The position numbers were made by a program, and so were the translations under genes. From the NCBI GenBank assembly GCA_964594115.1, contig CAZQLD010000005.1, positions 749 through 64,748 on the forward strand: a stretch of 64,000 nucleotides of DNA. The letters run 5' to 3'. Under the pieces are notes generated by a model. That model was given only the letters and a program-made list of their open reading frames with translations. It was not told where the DNA came from and searched no databases. The DNA comes from Candidatus Woesearchaeota archaeon. Lineage in GTDB: Archaea; Nanobdellota; Nanobdellia; Pacearchaeales; GW2011-AR1. Shown here piece after piece: positions 16,934-26,706 of this stretch (position 1 is the stretch's first letter; each line of letters starts with the position of its first letter).

Positions 16934-18982
16934 ATGCTCATTAAAAAAATAAAACTAGAGAATATAAGGAGTTATGAAAACCAGGAGATAGAGTTTCCTG
17001 CAGGTTCAATCTTATTGTCAGGGGACATTGGGGCAGGCAAGACATCTGTTCTTCTTGCAATAGAATTTGCTTTATTTGGTCTGCAACCAAGTCAAAGAGG
17101 GTCTTCTTTATTGAAAAATGGTAAGCAAGAAGGCCGCGTTACCCTTAAATTAGAAATAGACGGTAAGTCTGTTATCTTAGAAAGGGTATTAAAGAGGGGG
17201 AAGAACATAAGCCAGGAGAATACTTCTATAATAGTAGATAATGAAAAATTTGAAGGGAGTGTAACTGAAATTAAGAATAGGGTGTTAAGATTATTAAATT
17301 ACCCAACCGAATTTGCTAAAAAAACTAATCTTCTATATAAATTTACTGTTTACACTCCCCAAGAAGAAATGAAGCAGATAATTTTAGAAGCAGCTGAAAC
17401 TCGGCTTAATACACTGCGTCATATTTTTGGAATAGATAAGTATAAAAGAATAGGGGAAAACATAAGTATCTTTACAATCAAACTTCGTGAAAAAATAAGA
17501 AACAAAGAGGGCCAGTTAGCAGATATAGAACAGATAAAAAAAACTCTAAAAGAAAAAAAAGAAAAACTCTCTTTGTTGCAAGAGAATCAAGAAAAAGAAA
17601 GCAAGGTCTTGCAGGAAAGAATAGAACAGAGGAAGAAAATAGGGGAAGAGGCAAGAGAAATAGAAGGAAAGGTAAAAGAAAAAGAAAATCTTGAAAAAGA
17701 AAAAGAAAAAGCTGACATCATGTTAATAAATAAGAAAGATTCTTCTTTTGAGCTAAAAACACAGATGCAAAAGCTAAGAGAAGAAATAGGGGATGTGAAA
17801 AAACTTGTTTTCGATCAAGACAGATTTCAGGAGATTCTTTCTGCTATCGCAAAAAATAAAGAACAAGAGAAAAACCTACAAGAAGAATCTATTAATATCT
17901 CTAGTAAGTTAAACTCTTTGCTGGAAAGAAAAAAAGAAGCTGAACAGCTTAAAGAAAAAATATCCCGCTTAAAGAACTGCCCTACTTGCCTTCAGGAAGT
18001 CAATGAAGAATATAAAAATAATATTTTTCAGAAAATAGATTCTGAGCTTGCATCACTTAATCAAAATATTCAAGATATAGAAAAGCAAAAATTACAGCTT
18101 TCAGAATCTCTAGAAAGTTTGAGAAAACAAACATTTAGTCTTGAACAAAAAAAATCAGAAGAGGAAATAAAAAAAATCAAATTGCAAAATATAAAGGAAA
18201 AAGAAAAAAATATACAAGAAATAGAGAAAAGGGAAAAGCAGATTCATTTGGACATTGAAATGATAATTAAACATATAAAAACTCTTGAGGAGAGCATTGG
18301 GCAATTTTCAAAATTCACTCCACTTTTTGAAAATAAACAGGAGGAGCTTGAACAAGAAAGACTAAAAGAAAAACAGCAGGAAATCAAGGTAGCTGAAATA
18401 AATAAAGAAAGCTCTCTCATTCAGGAACAAATCCAGGATATAAACAAGCAAATCCAAGAAAAACATGAATTAAAAAAGAAACTAGATTATCTAAAACAGC
18501 TTGAAGACTGGATTACTAGTAAATTTCTGAATTTAATTTTATTTACAGAAAAAAATGTCATGTTAAAACTTCGTGACGAATTCTCAAAGTTGTTTTCAGA
18601 ATGGTTTTCTGTTCTTGTTCCAGAATCTCTTTCTGTAAGATTAGATGAGCAGTTTTCTCCGATAATTGAGCAGCAAGATTACGAACTTTCTTATAACTGC
18701 CTTTCGGGTGGAGAGAGGACTGCTGTTGCTCTTGCCTACAGGCTCGCTCTAAATCAAGTCATTAATTCTTTATTAAGCAGGATAAAGACAAGAGACCTTA
18801 TTATACTTGATGAGCCGACTGATGGTTTTTCTGAAACACAACTTGATAAGATAAGAGATGTTCTTTCCCAGTTAAAAGTAGCACAACTTATCCTAGTTAG
18901 TCATGAAGCTAAGATAGAGAGTTTTGTAGAAAACATCATAAAGTTCAAGAAAGAAGCAGGAGTTACAAAAGTTGAGAGATAA
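16934..18982 (+). CDS. rad50: DNA double-strand break repair ATPase Rad50 (short coiled coil)
   Basis: Walker A GDIGAGKTS, zinc hook CPTC, signature LSGGERTAVALAYRLAL, Walker B LIILDEPTDG. Confidence 0.92.
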   Translation: MLIKKIKLENIRSYENQEIEFPAGSILLSGDIGAGKTSVLLAIEFALFGLQPSQRGSSLLKNGKQEGRVTLKLEIDGKSVILERVLKRGKNISQENTSIIVDNEKFEGSVTEIKNRVLRLLNYPTEFAKKTNLLYKFTVYTPQEEMKQIILEAAETRLNTLRHIFGIDKYKRIGENISIFTIKLREKIRNKEGQLADIEQIKKTLKEKKEKLSLLQENQEKESKVLQERIEQRKKIGEEAREIEGKVKEKENLEKEKEKADIMLINKKDSSFELKTQMQKLREEIGDVKKLVFDQDRFQEILSAIAKNKEQEKNLQEESINISSKLNSLLERKKEAEQLKEKISRLKNCPTCLQEVNEEYKNNIFQKIDSELASLNQNIQDIEKQKLQLSESLESLRKQTFSLEQKKSEEEIKKIKLQNIKEKEKNIQEIEKREKQIHLDIEMIIKHIKTLEESIGQFSKFTPLFENKQEELEQERLKEKQQEIKVAEINKESSLIQEQIQDINKQIQEKHELKKKLDYLKQLEDWITSKFLNLILFTEKNVMLKLRDEFSKLFSEWFSVLVPESLSVRLDEQFSPIIEQQDYELSYNCLSGGERTAVALAYRLALNQVINSLLSRIKTRDLIILDEPTDGFSETQLDKIRDVLSQLKVAQLILVSHEAKIESFVENIIKFKKEAGVTKVER

Positions 18983-19059
18983 AAATCAAAAACTTTATAA
19001 ACCCAATCTTCTAATTATTATTGTAAATTCTTTGAGAGGTTAAATAGTTCTCAATTAAA

Positions 19060-19713
19060 ATGGATGAAGATTTAAAGAAGAACATTCTTAAAACAGGCAC
19101 AAGCATAGTTGGAATTGTGTGCAGAGATGGAATAGTTTTAGCAGCAGACAGACAGAGCACAGTAGGGACTATTGCAGTTAGTAAAGACACAAAAAAATTA
19201 ACGAAAATCAATGAGTATCTTATTTTTGCAGGAACAGGAGTTTCTTCAGATATAGAAATGCTCAGAAAAATAGTCAAAGCAGAATTAAGGCTCAAACAAT
19301 TAAAGAGCAAGCAAAGACCAACAGTTAAAGAAGGAGCAAATCTTATTGGCATGCTCGCTTACCGGAATATTAGGCAGATGTCTATGATTCCATTTATTGC
19401 AGGATCTTTAGTTGCAGGCTATAATGAAGACGGCTCTTTTGAATTATATACTATAGAGCCAGCAGGAACAGTGAATAAAGTTAAAGATTATGATGCAAAT
19501 CTTTCTAGTGGTATGCCTTTTATTCTCGGCCTTTTAGAAAGAAGATATAATAAAGACATGACAACTAAACAAGCTACAGAACTTTCTTTAGAATGTATAA
19601 AATCCTCAACACAAAGAGATGTTGGAAGCGGCTTTGGAATAGATGTTTTTGCTGTTACTAAAGAGGGCATAAAGCCAGTTATTGAAAAAGAGATCAAACC
19701 AAATTATGTTTAA
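19060..19713 (+). CDS. psmB: proteasome subunit beta
   Basis: LKTGTSIVGIVCRDGIVLAADRQST, with a short propeptide before the TS(I)VG mature start. Confidence 0.9.
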   Translation: MDEDLKKNILKTGTSIVGIVCRDGIVLAADRQSTVGTIAVSKDTKKLTKINEYLIFAGTGVSSDIEMLRKIVKAELRLKQLKSKQRPTVKEGANLIGMLAYRNIRQMSMIPFIAGSLVAGYNEDGSFELYTIEPAGTVNKVKDYDANLSSGMPFILGLLERRYNKDMTTKQATELSLECIKSSTQRDVGSGFGIDVFAVTKEGIKPVIEKEIKPNYV

Positions 19714-19760
19714 ATTATAATCATTTTATTTAAAATTCTGGGCAATCTTTTTTTAAAAGA

Positions 19761-21677
19761 TTGCGTCAAAAACAAAAGGAAAAAAACAAAATGCCAGATA
19801 TTCTGAAAAATATCCAGAGCGAGTTGCCAAAATGTATAAGCTCTGCTAATTTTGAAGGAGCAAATATAGTTCTTTATACAGATGATGAGAATTTCTTTAA
19901 AGAAGGAGAAAGAAAAATCAAAGAAGTTGTTAACAACATTAAGAAAAGAATTGAATTAAGGGCAGACTCTAAAATCTTAGTAGAAAAAGAAAATGCAGAA
20001 AAAGAAATTAGGAATATAATTCCAAAAGAAGCAGAAATAACAAATATAATTTTTGATATACAAAGAAGTACGGTTATAATCGAAGCCAAGAAACCAGGAA
20101 TGGTTATAGGCAAAGCAGGAGCAATTTTACAAGAGATAAAACAAAAGACATTGTGGATTCCTCAAGTGCAAAGAAGTCCTGCTATCCCAAGTAAAATAAC
20201 CGAAAATATTAGGGCAGTTTTATATGAAAATAATAGTTACAGGAAAAAGTTTCTAAACTCTATTGGTAAAAAGATTTATAGAGAATGGAATCCTGAAAAA
20301 ATAGAAGAGTGGGTAAGGCTTACATTTTTAGGGGGGGCAAGACAGGTTGGAAGATCCTGCTTACTTTTGCACACCCCTGTATCAAAAATACTGATTGATT
20401 GTGGTGTTGATGTAGCAGCTCAAAATAGAGAAAAATTTCCTTATTTTGACATTTCAGAATTTGACCTTAAAGAAATAGATGCCATAATTATAAGTCACGC
20501 ACACCTTGATCATTGTGGACTAGTTCCTCTATTGTTCAAAATGGGTTACAGGGGTCCTGTATATTTTACACCTCCTACAAGGGATATTGCTTCTTTACTT
20601 TCTTTAGATTATATAGGAGTTGCTTATAAAAAAGCCTCTCAGCCATTGTATGGTTCAAAAGATATTAAAGAAATGGTTAAACACAGCATCTGCCTGAATT
20701 TCAATGAGGTTACTGATATTGCTCCAGATATAAGGCTTACTTTTTATAATTCAGGCCATGCTCTAGGAAGTGCTATGGTTCATTTAAATATAGGCAATGG
20801 TCTTCACAACTTACTTTATACAGGGGATATGAAATTTGGAAAAACAAGATTGTTAGATTCTTCTATAACATCTTTTCCACGATTAGAAACAGCAATTATA
20901 GAAGCTACATATGGGGGTAAAAATGATGTTCTTCCTCCAAGAAAGGAGTCAGAAATGATACTAATAGAGGCTATAAAGAAAACAATAGCAAGAAAAGGCA
21001 AGGTTTTAATTCCGGAATTAGGATTAGGAAGAGCACAGGAAACCATGTTAATACTTGAAGATGCTTTTAAACAGGGTTTATTGCCAGAGGTTCCAATTTA
21101 TATAGATGGAATGATATGGGATATTAATGGAATTCACACAGCATACCCTGATTTTTTATCTAGCAATATAAGAAGCCAGATTTTCCAAGACAAAAATCCT
21201 TTTTCTTCTGGACTATTCAAAAGAGTTGGTTCGCCAGCAGAAAGGAAAAAAGTTGTTGAAGGAAGCCCTTGCATTGTTCTTGCAACTTCTGGTATGTTAG
21301 TCGGAGGTGCTTCTGTAGAGTATTTTAGAGAATTTGCTGATAATAAAAAAAACAGTATAATTTTTGTTTGTTATCAGGGTGTAGGAAGTTTAGGAAGACA
21401 GGTCCAGGAAGGCCTTAAAGAGATTAAAATGACAAATGAGGGTAAAGAAGAAGATGTGCAAGTTAATTTAGAAATTCATACTATAGATGGATTAACAGCC
21501 CACTCTGGAAGAAATCAACTATTAGCCTTTATAAACAGATGCCAGCCAAAACCAAAGAGAGTTCTAATTAACCACGGAGAAGCAAGTAAGTGTCTTGACC
21601 TTGCTTCTACTTTATACAAACTAAACAGAATTGAGACTTCTGCCCCAAGAAATTTAGAGACGATTAGGATAAGATAA
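19761..21677 (+). CDS. aCPSF1/FttA-type KH + beta-CASP ribonuclease (transcription termination/RNA processing)
   Basis: N-terminal KH-like region, LGGARQVGRSCLLL, HAHLDHCG, and a C-terminal HSGRNQLLAF...NHGE. The ~630-aa length fits. An alternative start is the ATG at 19791 (MPDILKN). Confidence 0.88.
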   Translation: MRQKQKEKNKMPDILKNIQSELPKCISSANFEGANIVLYTDDENFFKEGERKIKEVVNNIKKRIELRADSKILVEKENAEKEIRNIIPKEAEITNIIFDIQRSTVIIEAKKPGMVIGKAGAILQEIKQKTLWIPQVQRSPAIPSKITENIRAVLYENNSYRKKFLNSIGKKIYREWNPEKIEEWVRLTFLGGARQVGRSCLLLHTPVSKILIDCGVDVAAQNREKFPYFDISEFDLKEIDAIIISHAHLDHCGLVPLLFKMGYRGPVYFTPPTRDIASLLSLDYIGVAYKKASQPLYGSKDIKEMVKHSICLNFNEVTDIAPDIRLTFYNSGHALGSAMVHLNIGNGLHNLLYTGDMKFGKTRLLDSSITSFPRLETAIIEATYGGKNDVLPPRKESEMILIEAIKKTIARKGKVLIPELGLGRAQETMLILEDAFKQGLLPEVPIYIDGMIWDINGIHTAYPDFLSSNIRSQIFQDKNPFSSGLFKRVGSPAERKKVVEGSPCIVLATSGMLVGGASVEYFREFADNKKNSIIFVCYQGVGSLGRQVQEGLKEIKMTNEGKEEDVQVNLEIHTIDGLTAHSGRNQLLAFINRCQPKPKRVLINHGEASKCLDLASTLYKLNRIETSAPRNLETIRIR

Positions 21678-21791
21678 AAATACATCAATTTTATAAACCA
21701 TCTTTTCTATAAATTGATATAAGATGAAAAGGAGGTACACAAATATGTTTTTAAGGGAAGTTGAAGCTTTAAGAGCTGGGTGTCTTAAGCA

Positions 21792-22718
21792 ATGAAACAC
21801 GCATGGAAAATAACACTGACTCTTTTGGCTATGTTTTTAATAACCCAGCTGATTGGATTAGCTGTTGTACATTCTTATATAACAGGGCCAGAACTTCCGT
21901 ATAATATGCAGCCCCCTGAAGATATAAAACCAGCTGAAGGTTTTTCCTCAATTATTTTCGCATTTGTAATTGCAGTTATCTTAATGTTTTTATTAATGAA
22001 ATTCAAGCTAAAAACAGTTTTACGCCTCTGGTTTTTTGTAGTTGTTATTTTAGCTATTGGAATAACATTCAACAGTTTATTTATCTATTTTCAACTTCCT
22101 TACCCAGATATTATAGCAGCCTTAATTGCTTTGCCTTTAGCCTTTTTCAAGGTTTTTAAAAGGAATTTAGTTGTTCATAATTTTACAGAACTAATGATAT
22201 ATCCTGGAATAGCTGCTGTTTTTGTTATTCTTTTTAGTTCTTGGGGCTCTATAGGATTATGGCTTATAGTTTTCTTCCTTATATTAATCTCAGCATATGA
22301 TATATATGCTGTCTGGCATGCAGGATTTATGCAGAAAATGGCAAAATTTCAAATTAATGAACTGAAATTTTTTGCTGGTTTTTTTGTTCCTTATCTTGGT
22401 AAAAAACAAAAGAAACATTTTAAATCACTCAAACAAAAATATAAGAAAAAAGAGATTCCTAAAAAAATTTTAAAGAAGAAAAAAATAAAAGTTTCTCTAG
22501 CTATTCTTGGCGGAGGAGATGTTATTTTCCCAATAATTGCCTCTGGTCTTTTCCTTAATGCTTTTGGCTTGATTTCCTCTTTATTAATAACTGCATGTGC
22601 AACAATTGCTCTAGCTGCCTTGTTCATATCAGCAAGAAAAGGAAAATTTTATCCTGCAATGCCCTTCATAACAGCAGGAATTTTTATTGGAATGTTAATT
22701 AGCTGGGCTTTGCTCTAA
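21792..22718 (+). CDS. presenilin/signal-peptide-peptidase homolog (A22 GxGD intramembrane aspartyl protease)
   Basis: Multi-TM protein with a YD motif (SAYDIYAVW), a GxGD motif (LGGGDVIFP) and a PAL-like motif (YPAMPF). Confidence 0.8.
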   Translation: MKHAWKITLTLLAMFLITQLIGLAVVHSYITGPELPYNMQPPEDIKPAEGFSSIIFAFVIAVILMFLLMKFKLKTVLRLWFFVVVILAIGITFNSLFIYFQLPYPDIIAALIALPLAFFKVFKRNLVVHNFTELMIYPGIAAVFVILFSSWGSIGLWLIVFFLILISAYDIYAVWHAGFMQKMAKFQINELKFFAGFFVPYLGKKQKKHFKSLKQKYKKKEIPKKILKKKKIKVSLAILGGGDVIFPIIASGLFLNAFGLISSLLITACATIALAALFISARKGKFYPAMPFITAGIFIGMLISWALL

Positions 22719-23095
22719 TAATCCAAAGTATTGTAAACATTCTATCTCTTTATCTGTTAAATGTTTTAAATTTCTTTTACTGTATTTTACTTTTAATCCT
22801 GTTACTCCTGCTGAACATGTCTTGAATCTTTTAGAATGGGCTTTGATATTATCTAAGACTTCCTCTGGGTTAGAACCATATTCTGCAAACTTTTTAGCAT
22901 ATGCCCTGCCTGCCTTGTATAATTTTTTAATTCTGCTAAATTCTTTTTCTAGTGCTTCCCCACTAAATTTCTTTGCTAAATTTTCTCTGAGCAGTTTATC
23001 ATCAAGCCTGCCAGAAATATATATACAAGAAATATTATCTGCTCCTTTTATAGCAGTTTCTAAATCAGCTCAGGACATCTGATTTCTTTAACCAT
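22695..23095 (-). pseudogene. disrupted or non-ATG-initiated small ORF of unknown function
   Basis: An ATG at 23095 abuts the signal-peptidase stop, but that frame ends after 11 codons (MVKEIRCPELI*). The -1 frame then stays open for ~120 codons (ADLETAIKGADNISCIYISGRLDD...QYFGLLEQSPAN*) with no ATG/GTG/TTG. Alternatively, GGAGC-7nt-ATT at 23033 could be a start. Confidence 0.3.
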
Positions 23096-23593
23096 TTACC
23101 AAATTACCCCTATAGTAACATATCTAATATCTTTAAATCTTACCTTTCCATCTGTGACATTATTATTGTCACCTTTTGTTATAAAAAATACTCCTTCTTC
23201 GTCTCTGCCTTTATCAACAACCCTGTGAACAATTAACTGACTATTCTGCTCAAAAGTTATTATGTCCCCAATCTCTATCTGACCAGGGTTTTCTGGAACA
23301 ATTCTTATACCATTACTATCTTTATCTAATACAGGCCTCATACTTCCTGTAGGGGCATATTTTGATATAGATGCTCCTTCTATGTCAATAACAATGGCAT
23401 TTTCATAAATATGAATCTGGTTTTCTTTTATCCAGTTACTAGGAGCTTTTGACCCAGAAATAAGGCCCAAGCCTCCAATAAAAAGCGGTTTTTCTATTTC
23501 AGAAAAAACAATAAGTGTACAGCTAAGAAAACCTATTAAAAATACAATAAAATATGTTAAAATTTTTAAGTATTGCATCTTATCTAGCCTCAT
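23096..23593 (-). CDS. archaeal/ER-type signal peptidase I (S26B)
   Basis: N-terminal TM, catalytic Ser box APTGSMRPVL, His box IVHRVV, and ITKGDNN. Confidence 0.85.
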   Translation of the reverse strand: MRLDKMQYLKILTYFIVFLIGFLSCTLIVFSEIEKPLFIGGLGLISGSKAPSNWIKENQIHIYENAIVIDIEGASISKYAPTGSMRPVLDKDSNGIRIVPENPGQIEIGDIITFEQNSQLIVHRVVDKGRDEEGVFFITKGDNNNVTDGKVRFKDIRYVTIGVIW

Positions 23594-23712
23594 AAAAAAT
23601 TCAAAATATTTAAACCTTTCTATTGTTCTAATTATATAGTAACAACAAAATAGAAAGATTTATAAAGGAATTTTCTTTAAAGCTAGTAATAAATAATTTT
23701 AATAAAAATAAC

Positions 23713-23988
23713 ATGGGAATAAGCCAAAATGCATTTAGTGAATTAAGAAATATCTTAGCCGATGATGGTTTTAGTAATGTTACACTCACTTCTCCAATAA
23801 GAGAGACAGGACACCTAGATTTTAAATTAGCAAATCTTCCAACAAACATAGAAGGAACAGAGGTAGCATCCTGGCTTGATATTCTTAAAGAAGCTAATAC
23901 ACATGTATTAGAGTATTGTCAAAATAATGAATTAACAATTACTTTTAACCCAGTAGATTATGCTTTTTATATAAGACCCCAAAAATAA
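23713..23988 (+). CDS. hypothetical protein (91 aa)
   Basis: Its stop lies 1 nt before the TrmB-like gene start. No recognisable motif. Confidence 0.45.
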   Translation: MGISQNAFSELRNILADDGFSNVTLTSPIRETGHLDFKLANLPTNIEGTEVASWLDILKEANTHVLEYCQNNELTITFNPVDYAFYIRPQK

Positions 23989-23989
23989 A

Positions 23990-24769
23990 ATGATAATTAA
24001 ACCAGAACTTGTTAAGCAAATCAAAGAATTTTTCAATTTAAATATTTATGAAACTAAAGTCTGGCTTGCCTTGTTAGGCAGGGGCGTTGCTTCAGCAGGT
24101 GAAATAGCTGAAATTTCTGGTGTTCCAAGAAGCAGAACCTATGATGTTCTTGAATCTCTTGAAAAATCAGGATTTGCAATAGCTAAACTAGGAAAACCAG
24201 TCAAATATATTGCAGTCAAACCAACTACTGTTATAGAAAAACTTAAAACAAATACTCTAAACAAGGCAAGTGAAAATGTAAAAATGCTTTCAAATTTAAG
24301 AGAAACTAAAGAATATGCTGAACTTGAAGAGCTCTACAATACAGGAATAGAGCCAGTCAAGCACAATAATTTAAGTGGAGCCATTAAAGGAAAAACAAAT
24401 ATTTTCAATCATTTAAAAGAGATTTTGGAATCTGCTAAAAAAGAAGCTATAATCTGCACTTCAACTTCTGAAATTAATGACAGGTCAAGAATATTCTCTT
24501 CTTTATTCAATAACTTGAACAAGAGAAAGATAAGCACAAAAATAGCTTTATCTGGAGAGGAATCTGAAATCAAAAAAATAAACATTAAGTTTAAGATTAA
24601 TGCTAAAAAACTGGATATTAATTCCAGATTTTTTGCTGTTGATAAAGAACAAATCTTATTTTTGCTTTCTCAAAACTCAAAAGATGATGAAGAGTTAGGA
24701 GTATGGATAAATTCTGAGTTTTTTGTTAATTCTCTTTCCCACTTATTTGAAAAAGCCTGGGGGAAGTAA
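23990..24769 (+). CDS. TrmB-family transcriptional regulator
   Basis: N-terminal wHTH YETKVWLALLGRGVASAGEIAEISGVPRSRTYDVLESLEKSGFA. Confidence 0.8.
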   Translation: MIIKPELVKQIKEFFNLNIYETKVWLALLGRGVASAGEIAEISGVPRSRTYDVLESLEKSGFAIAKLGKPVKYIAVKPTTVIEKLKTNTLNKASENVKMLSNLRETKEYAELEELYNTGIEPVKHNNLSGAIKGKTNIFNHLKEILESAKKEAIICTSTSEINDRSRIFSSLFNNLNKRKISTKIALSGEESEIKKINIKFKINAKKLDINSRFFAVDKEQILFLLSQNSKDDEELGVWINSEFFVNSLSHLFEKAWGK

Positions 24770-24773
24770 AAAA

Positions 24774-25154
24774 ATGGCAAAAGGAAATGTTGCTTCAGCA
24801 TATTCTACTTTAAGGAAAGTAGTCCTCCCTTCTTTAAGTATTCCTATGAAAGGTTATAAAGAAGCTATTGACTACACTATTGTTGGACAAATGGCAGAAT
24901 GCATTTTAGGAGATCCTATTGCTTCTGTTGCTGGATCAGACTCTATAGATATTTCTGTAAATAAAAAAGATAGGAAAAAGGCCATTAGCAGATTAGAAGC
25001 AAAGTTTAAAAAAATAGGTGTAACAACAAAAAGAAATACTGAAAGAGCAAACCGTACATTCATAATACCTGAAAATACTAAATATAAAATTGTCGGAGTA
25101 TGGGACAGAAAAGAGGCTGAAGAAAAAGTTTTCATTAAAGTAGAAATAAGCTAA
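24774..25154 (+). CDS. hypothetical protein (126 aa)
   Basis: The ORF track starts at 24723 inside the TrmB gene. The ATG at 24774 (MAKGNVASAY) lies just after the TrmB stop. No motif recognised. Confidence 0.45.
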   Translation: MAKGNVASAYSTLRKVVLPSLSIPMKGYKEAIDYTIVGQMAECILGDPIASVAGSDSIDISVNKKDRKKAISRLEAKFKKIGVTTKRNTERANRTFIIPENTKYKIVGVWDRKEAEEKVFIKVEIS

Positions 25155-25156
25155 AA

Positions 25157-25471
25157 ATGGCAGATGTTTATATTGTTCAAGATTTTAATAGCCTACTTGT
25201 TTATCTAGGTCAGCGTATTACAGGAGGATATGGGATTTCTATTAGAAAAAGGAATGCTGAACTTCTACCTAAAAAGAGTCTTGACTTCCAAAGATTAGAA
25301 AGCGCAGTAAAGGGAAATGTACTAAAACCAAAAATAATAGATGAGGATTTAGCTGATTCAATTACTTTTGCAATTGAAGAATTAGAAAATGGGCAAAGGT
25401 GTTCTAACGCTCTTAATGAAAAAATGTCATTGTTGTTAAAGGCTGTTCAAAACACTAGAAATATTAACTAA
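25157..25471 (+). CDS. hypothetical protein (104 aa)
   Basis: Tightly packed after the previous gene. No motif recognised. Confidence 0.45.
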   Translation: MADVYIVQDFNSLLVYLGQRITGGYGISIRKRNAELLPKKSLDFQRLESAVKGNVLKPKIIDEDLADSITFAIEELENGQRCSNALNEKMSLLLKAVQNTRNIN

Positions 25472-26704
25472 CTCTATTTTTGTTATCTTCATCTCTTTGG
25501 TTCTTTTTTCTTTTTTTAAATTTTCTAAAAATTTGTTTATAGTTAGGGGTTTTTCTCTTGCATAAGACTGGCCTTTTTTTATAAAGCAGTTTTTATGCTT
25601 TTTTTTAAACCTAACAAGATGTTCAACTGAAGTTATTGGAGGTCCTTCTCTAATAATATCTTTTTTTTGGATAATAGAAAGATAAATTTTCCCAATATTT
25701 TTTTCATCATCATATTCAAACTCCTTAAATTTAATTTCAAAATATTTTTTCAGCCCATTAGTTAAAAAGTCAGAGAATTTTTTTAGTTTGCTCCCTGCAA
25801 TATCTCCTTTTTGCTTGCTTGTTCTTACCTCTATAACTATGAGATTTTTATACTTCTTTTTTAGTTCTTTTCCTAAATCTTTTTTTTCAAAGAATTTATT
25901 ATCTGGATTACTTAAAAAACTTCTGCATGTTTCTTTGAATTTTCCAAAAGTTTCTTGGCTCAAAGCTGCAAGAGCATTTCTTTCTTTAAATGTAGGGTCT
26001 ACAAAAACTATTGGAGATTGTAATTTTGCTTCATTTAATTCCAACAGTATTTCTTGTTTATTTTTGTAAAATTTTTCAGGATCAAGAATAATTTTTTGTT
26101 TATTTCTTACAGCCTTTATGAATTTTAAAAAACTTCCGTAATAACATGTTAATAATTCTAAAGCATAACCTGAAAATCCTTTAATATAACTCTCTGCACC
26201 ATAAAAACCCTGAGCATAGCAAAAATTCTTTGCAAGCATTATCTCCCCCCCCAGCTTTTTGTTTTTCTTCATCATTTTTTTGATATAATTAACATGAAAA
26301 TAAGATAAGTCAGTGACATTTCTCGCTTCTTCTGGCTTTGTTATTTTTCCTACTGGGACTACTTCAAAAATCATCTTTCCTTTTTTAATCTGGAAATAAT
26401 CTCTGCTTCCGTGTATTTTCTTTCCTGCTACAATTTTTCCAAGCATACTAGAAATCTTTTCATCTGGATATTTTTTATCAAATCTGATAAAAACATCAAT
26501 ATCATGTTTTTGCTTTTTTATTATAGTGCCCTTGGCTAAACTTCCCCCGATAAAAACATCTGCTTTAATGCCTCTTTTTTTAATCTTTTTTTCCAGCTCT
26601 TTGATAAATTTCTCAGCTTCCTTATTTATTTCCTTACTTTCTTTTTCACTTGGCTTGATTAGCAAAATCTGTCTTTCTAAAACCTCTTTTATTTTATTTC
26701 TCAT
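25436..26704 (-). CDS. cca: archaeal class I CCA-adding enzyme (tRNA nucleotidyltransferase)
   Basis: FIGGSLAKGTIIKKQKHDIDVFIRF (G-S...D-x-D). The ~420-aa length and overall architecture fit. The tRNA-Leu in this window lacks an encoded CCA. Confidence 0.8.
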   Translation of the reverse strand: MRNKIKEVLERQILLIKPSEKESKEINKEAEKFIKELEKKIKKRGIKADVFIGGSLAKGTIIKKQKHDIDVFIRFDKKYPDEKISSMLGKIVAGKKIHGSRDYFQIKKGKMIFEVVPVGKITKPEEARNVTDLSYFHVNYIKKMMKKNKKLGGEIMLAKNFCYAQGFYGAESYIKGFSGYALELLTCYYGSFLKFIKAVRNKQKIILDPEKFYKNKQEILLELNEAKLQSPIVFVDPTFKERNALAALSQETFGKFKETCRSFLSNPDNKFFEKKDLGKELKKKYKNLIVIEVRTSKQKGDIAGSKLKKFSDFLTNGLKKYFEIKFKEFEYDDEKNIGKIYLSIIQKKDIIREGPPITSVEHLVRFKKKHKNCFIKKGQSYAREKPLTINKFLENLKKEKRTKEMKITKIELVNISSVLNSL

Positions 26705-26706
26705 AT

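Noticed and set aside
21792-22718. The GxGD membrane protease as the missing prepilin peptidase (A24) for the pilus locus.
   Set aside because: Its YD...GxGD...PAL-like motif set and ~9-TM layout match presenilin/SPP (A22) rather than the PibD/FlaK family. It is also 15 kb away and on the other strand.
23070-23078. TGA recoding (stop-codon reassignment or selenocysteine) to explain ATG-TCC-TGA-GCT at the head of the long open frame.
   Set aside because: TGA is used as a genuine terminator by well-supported genes here (28204, 37728, 27809, 41128, 63896). No SECIS-like structure was noticed.
22822-23082. 86-aa plus-strand ORF starting at a TTG.
   Set aside because: The opposite strand carries a longer open frame with more protein-like composition, and an ATG coupled to the signal-peptidase stop. 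The plus-strand product is low-complexity Leu/Ser-rich.
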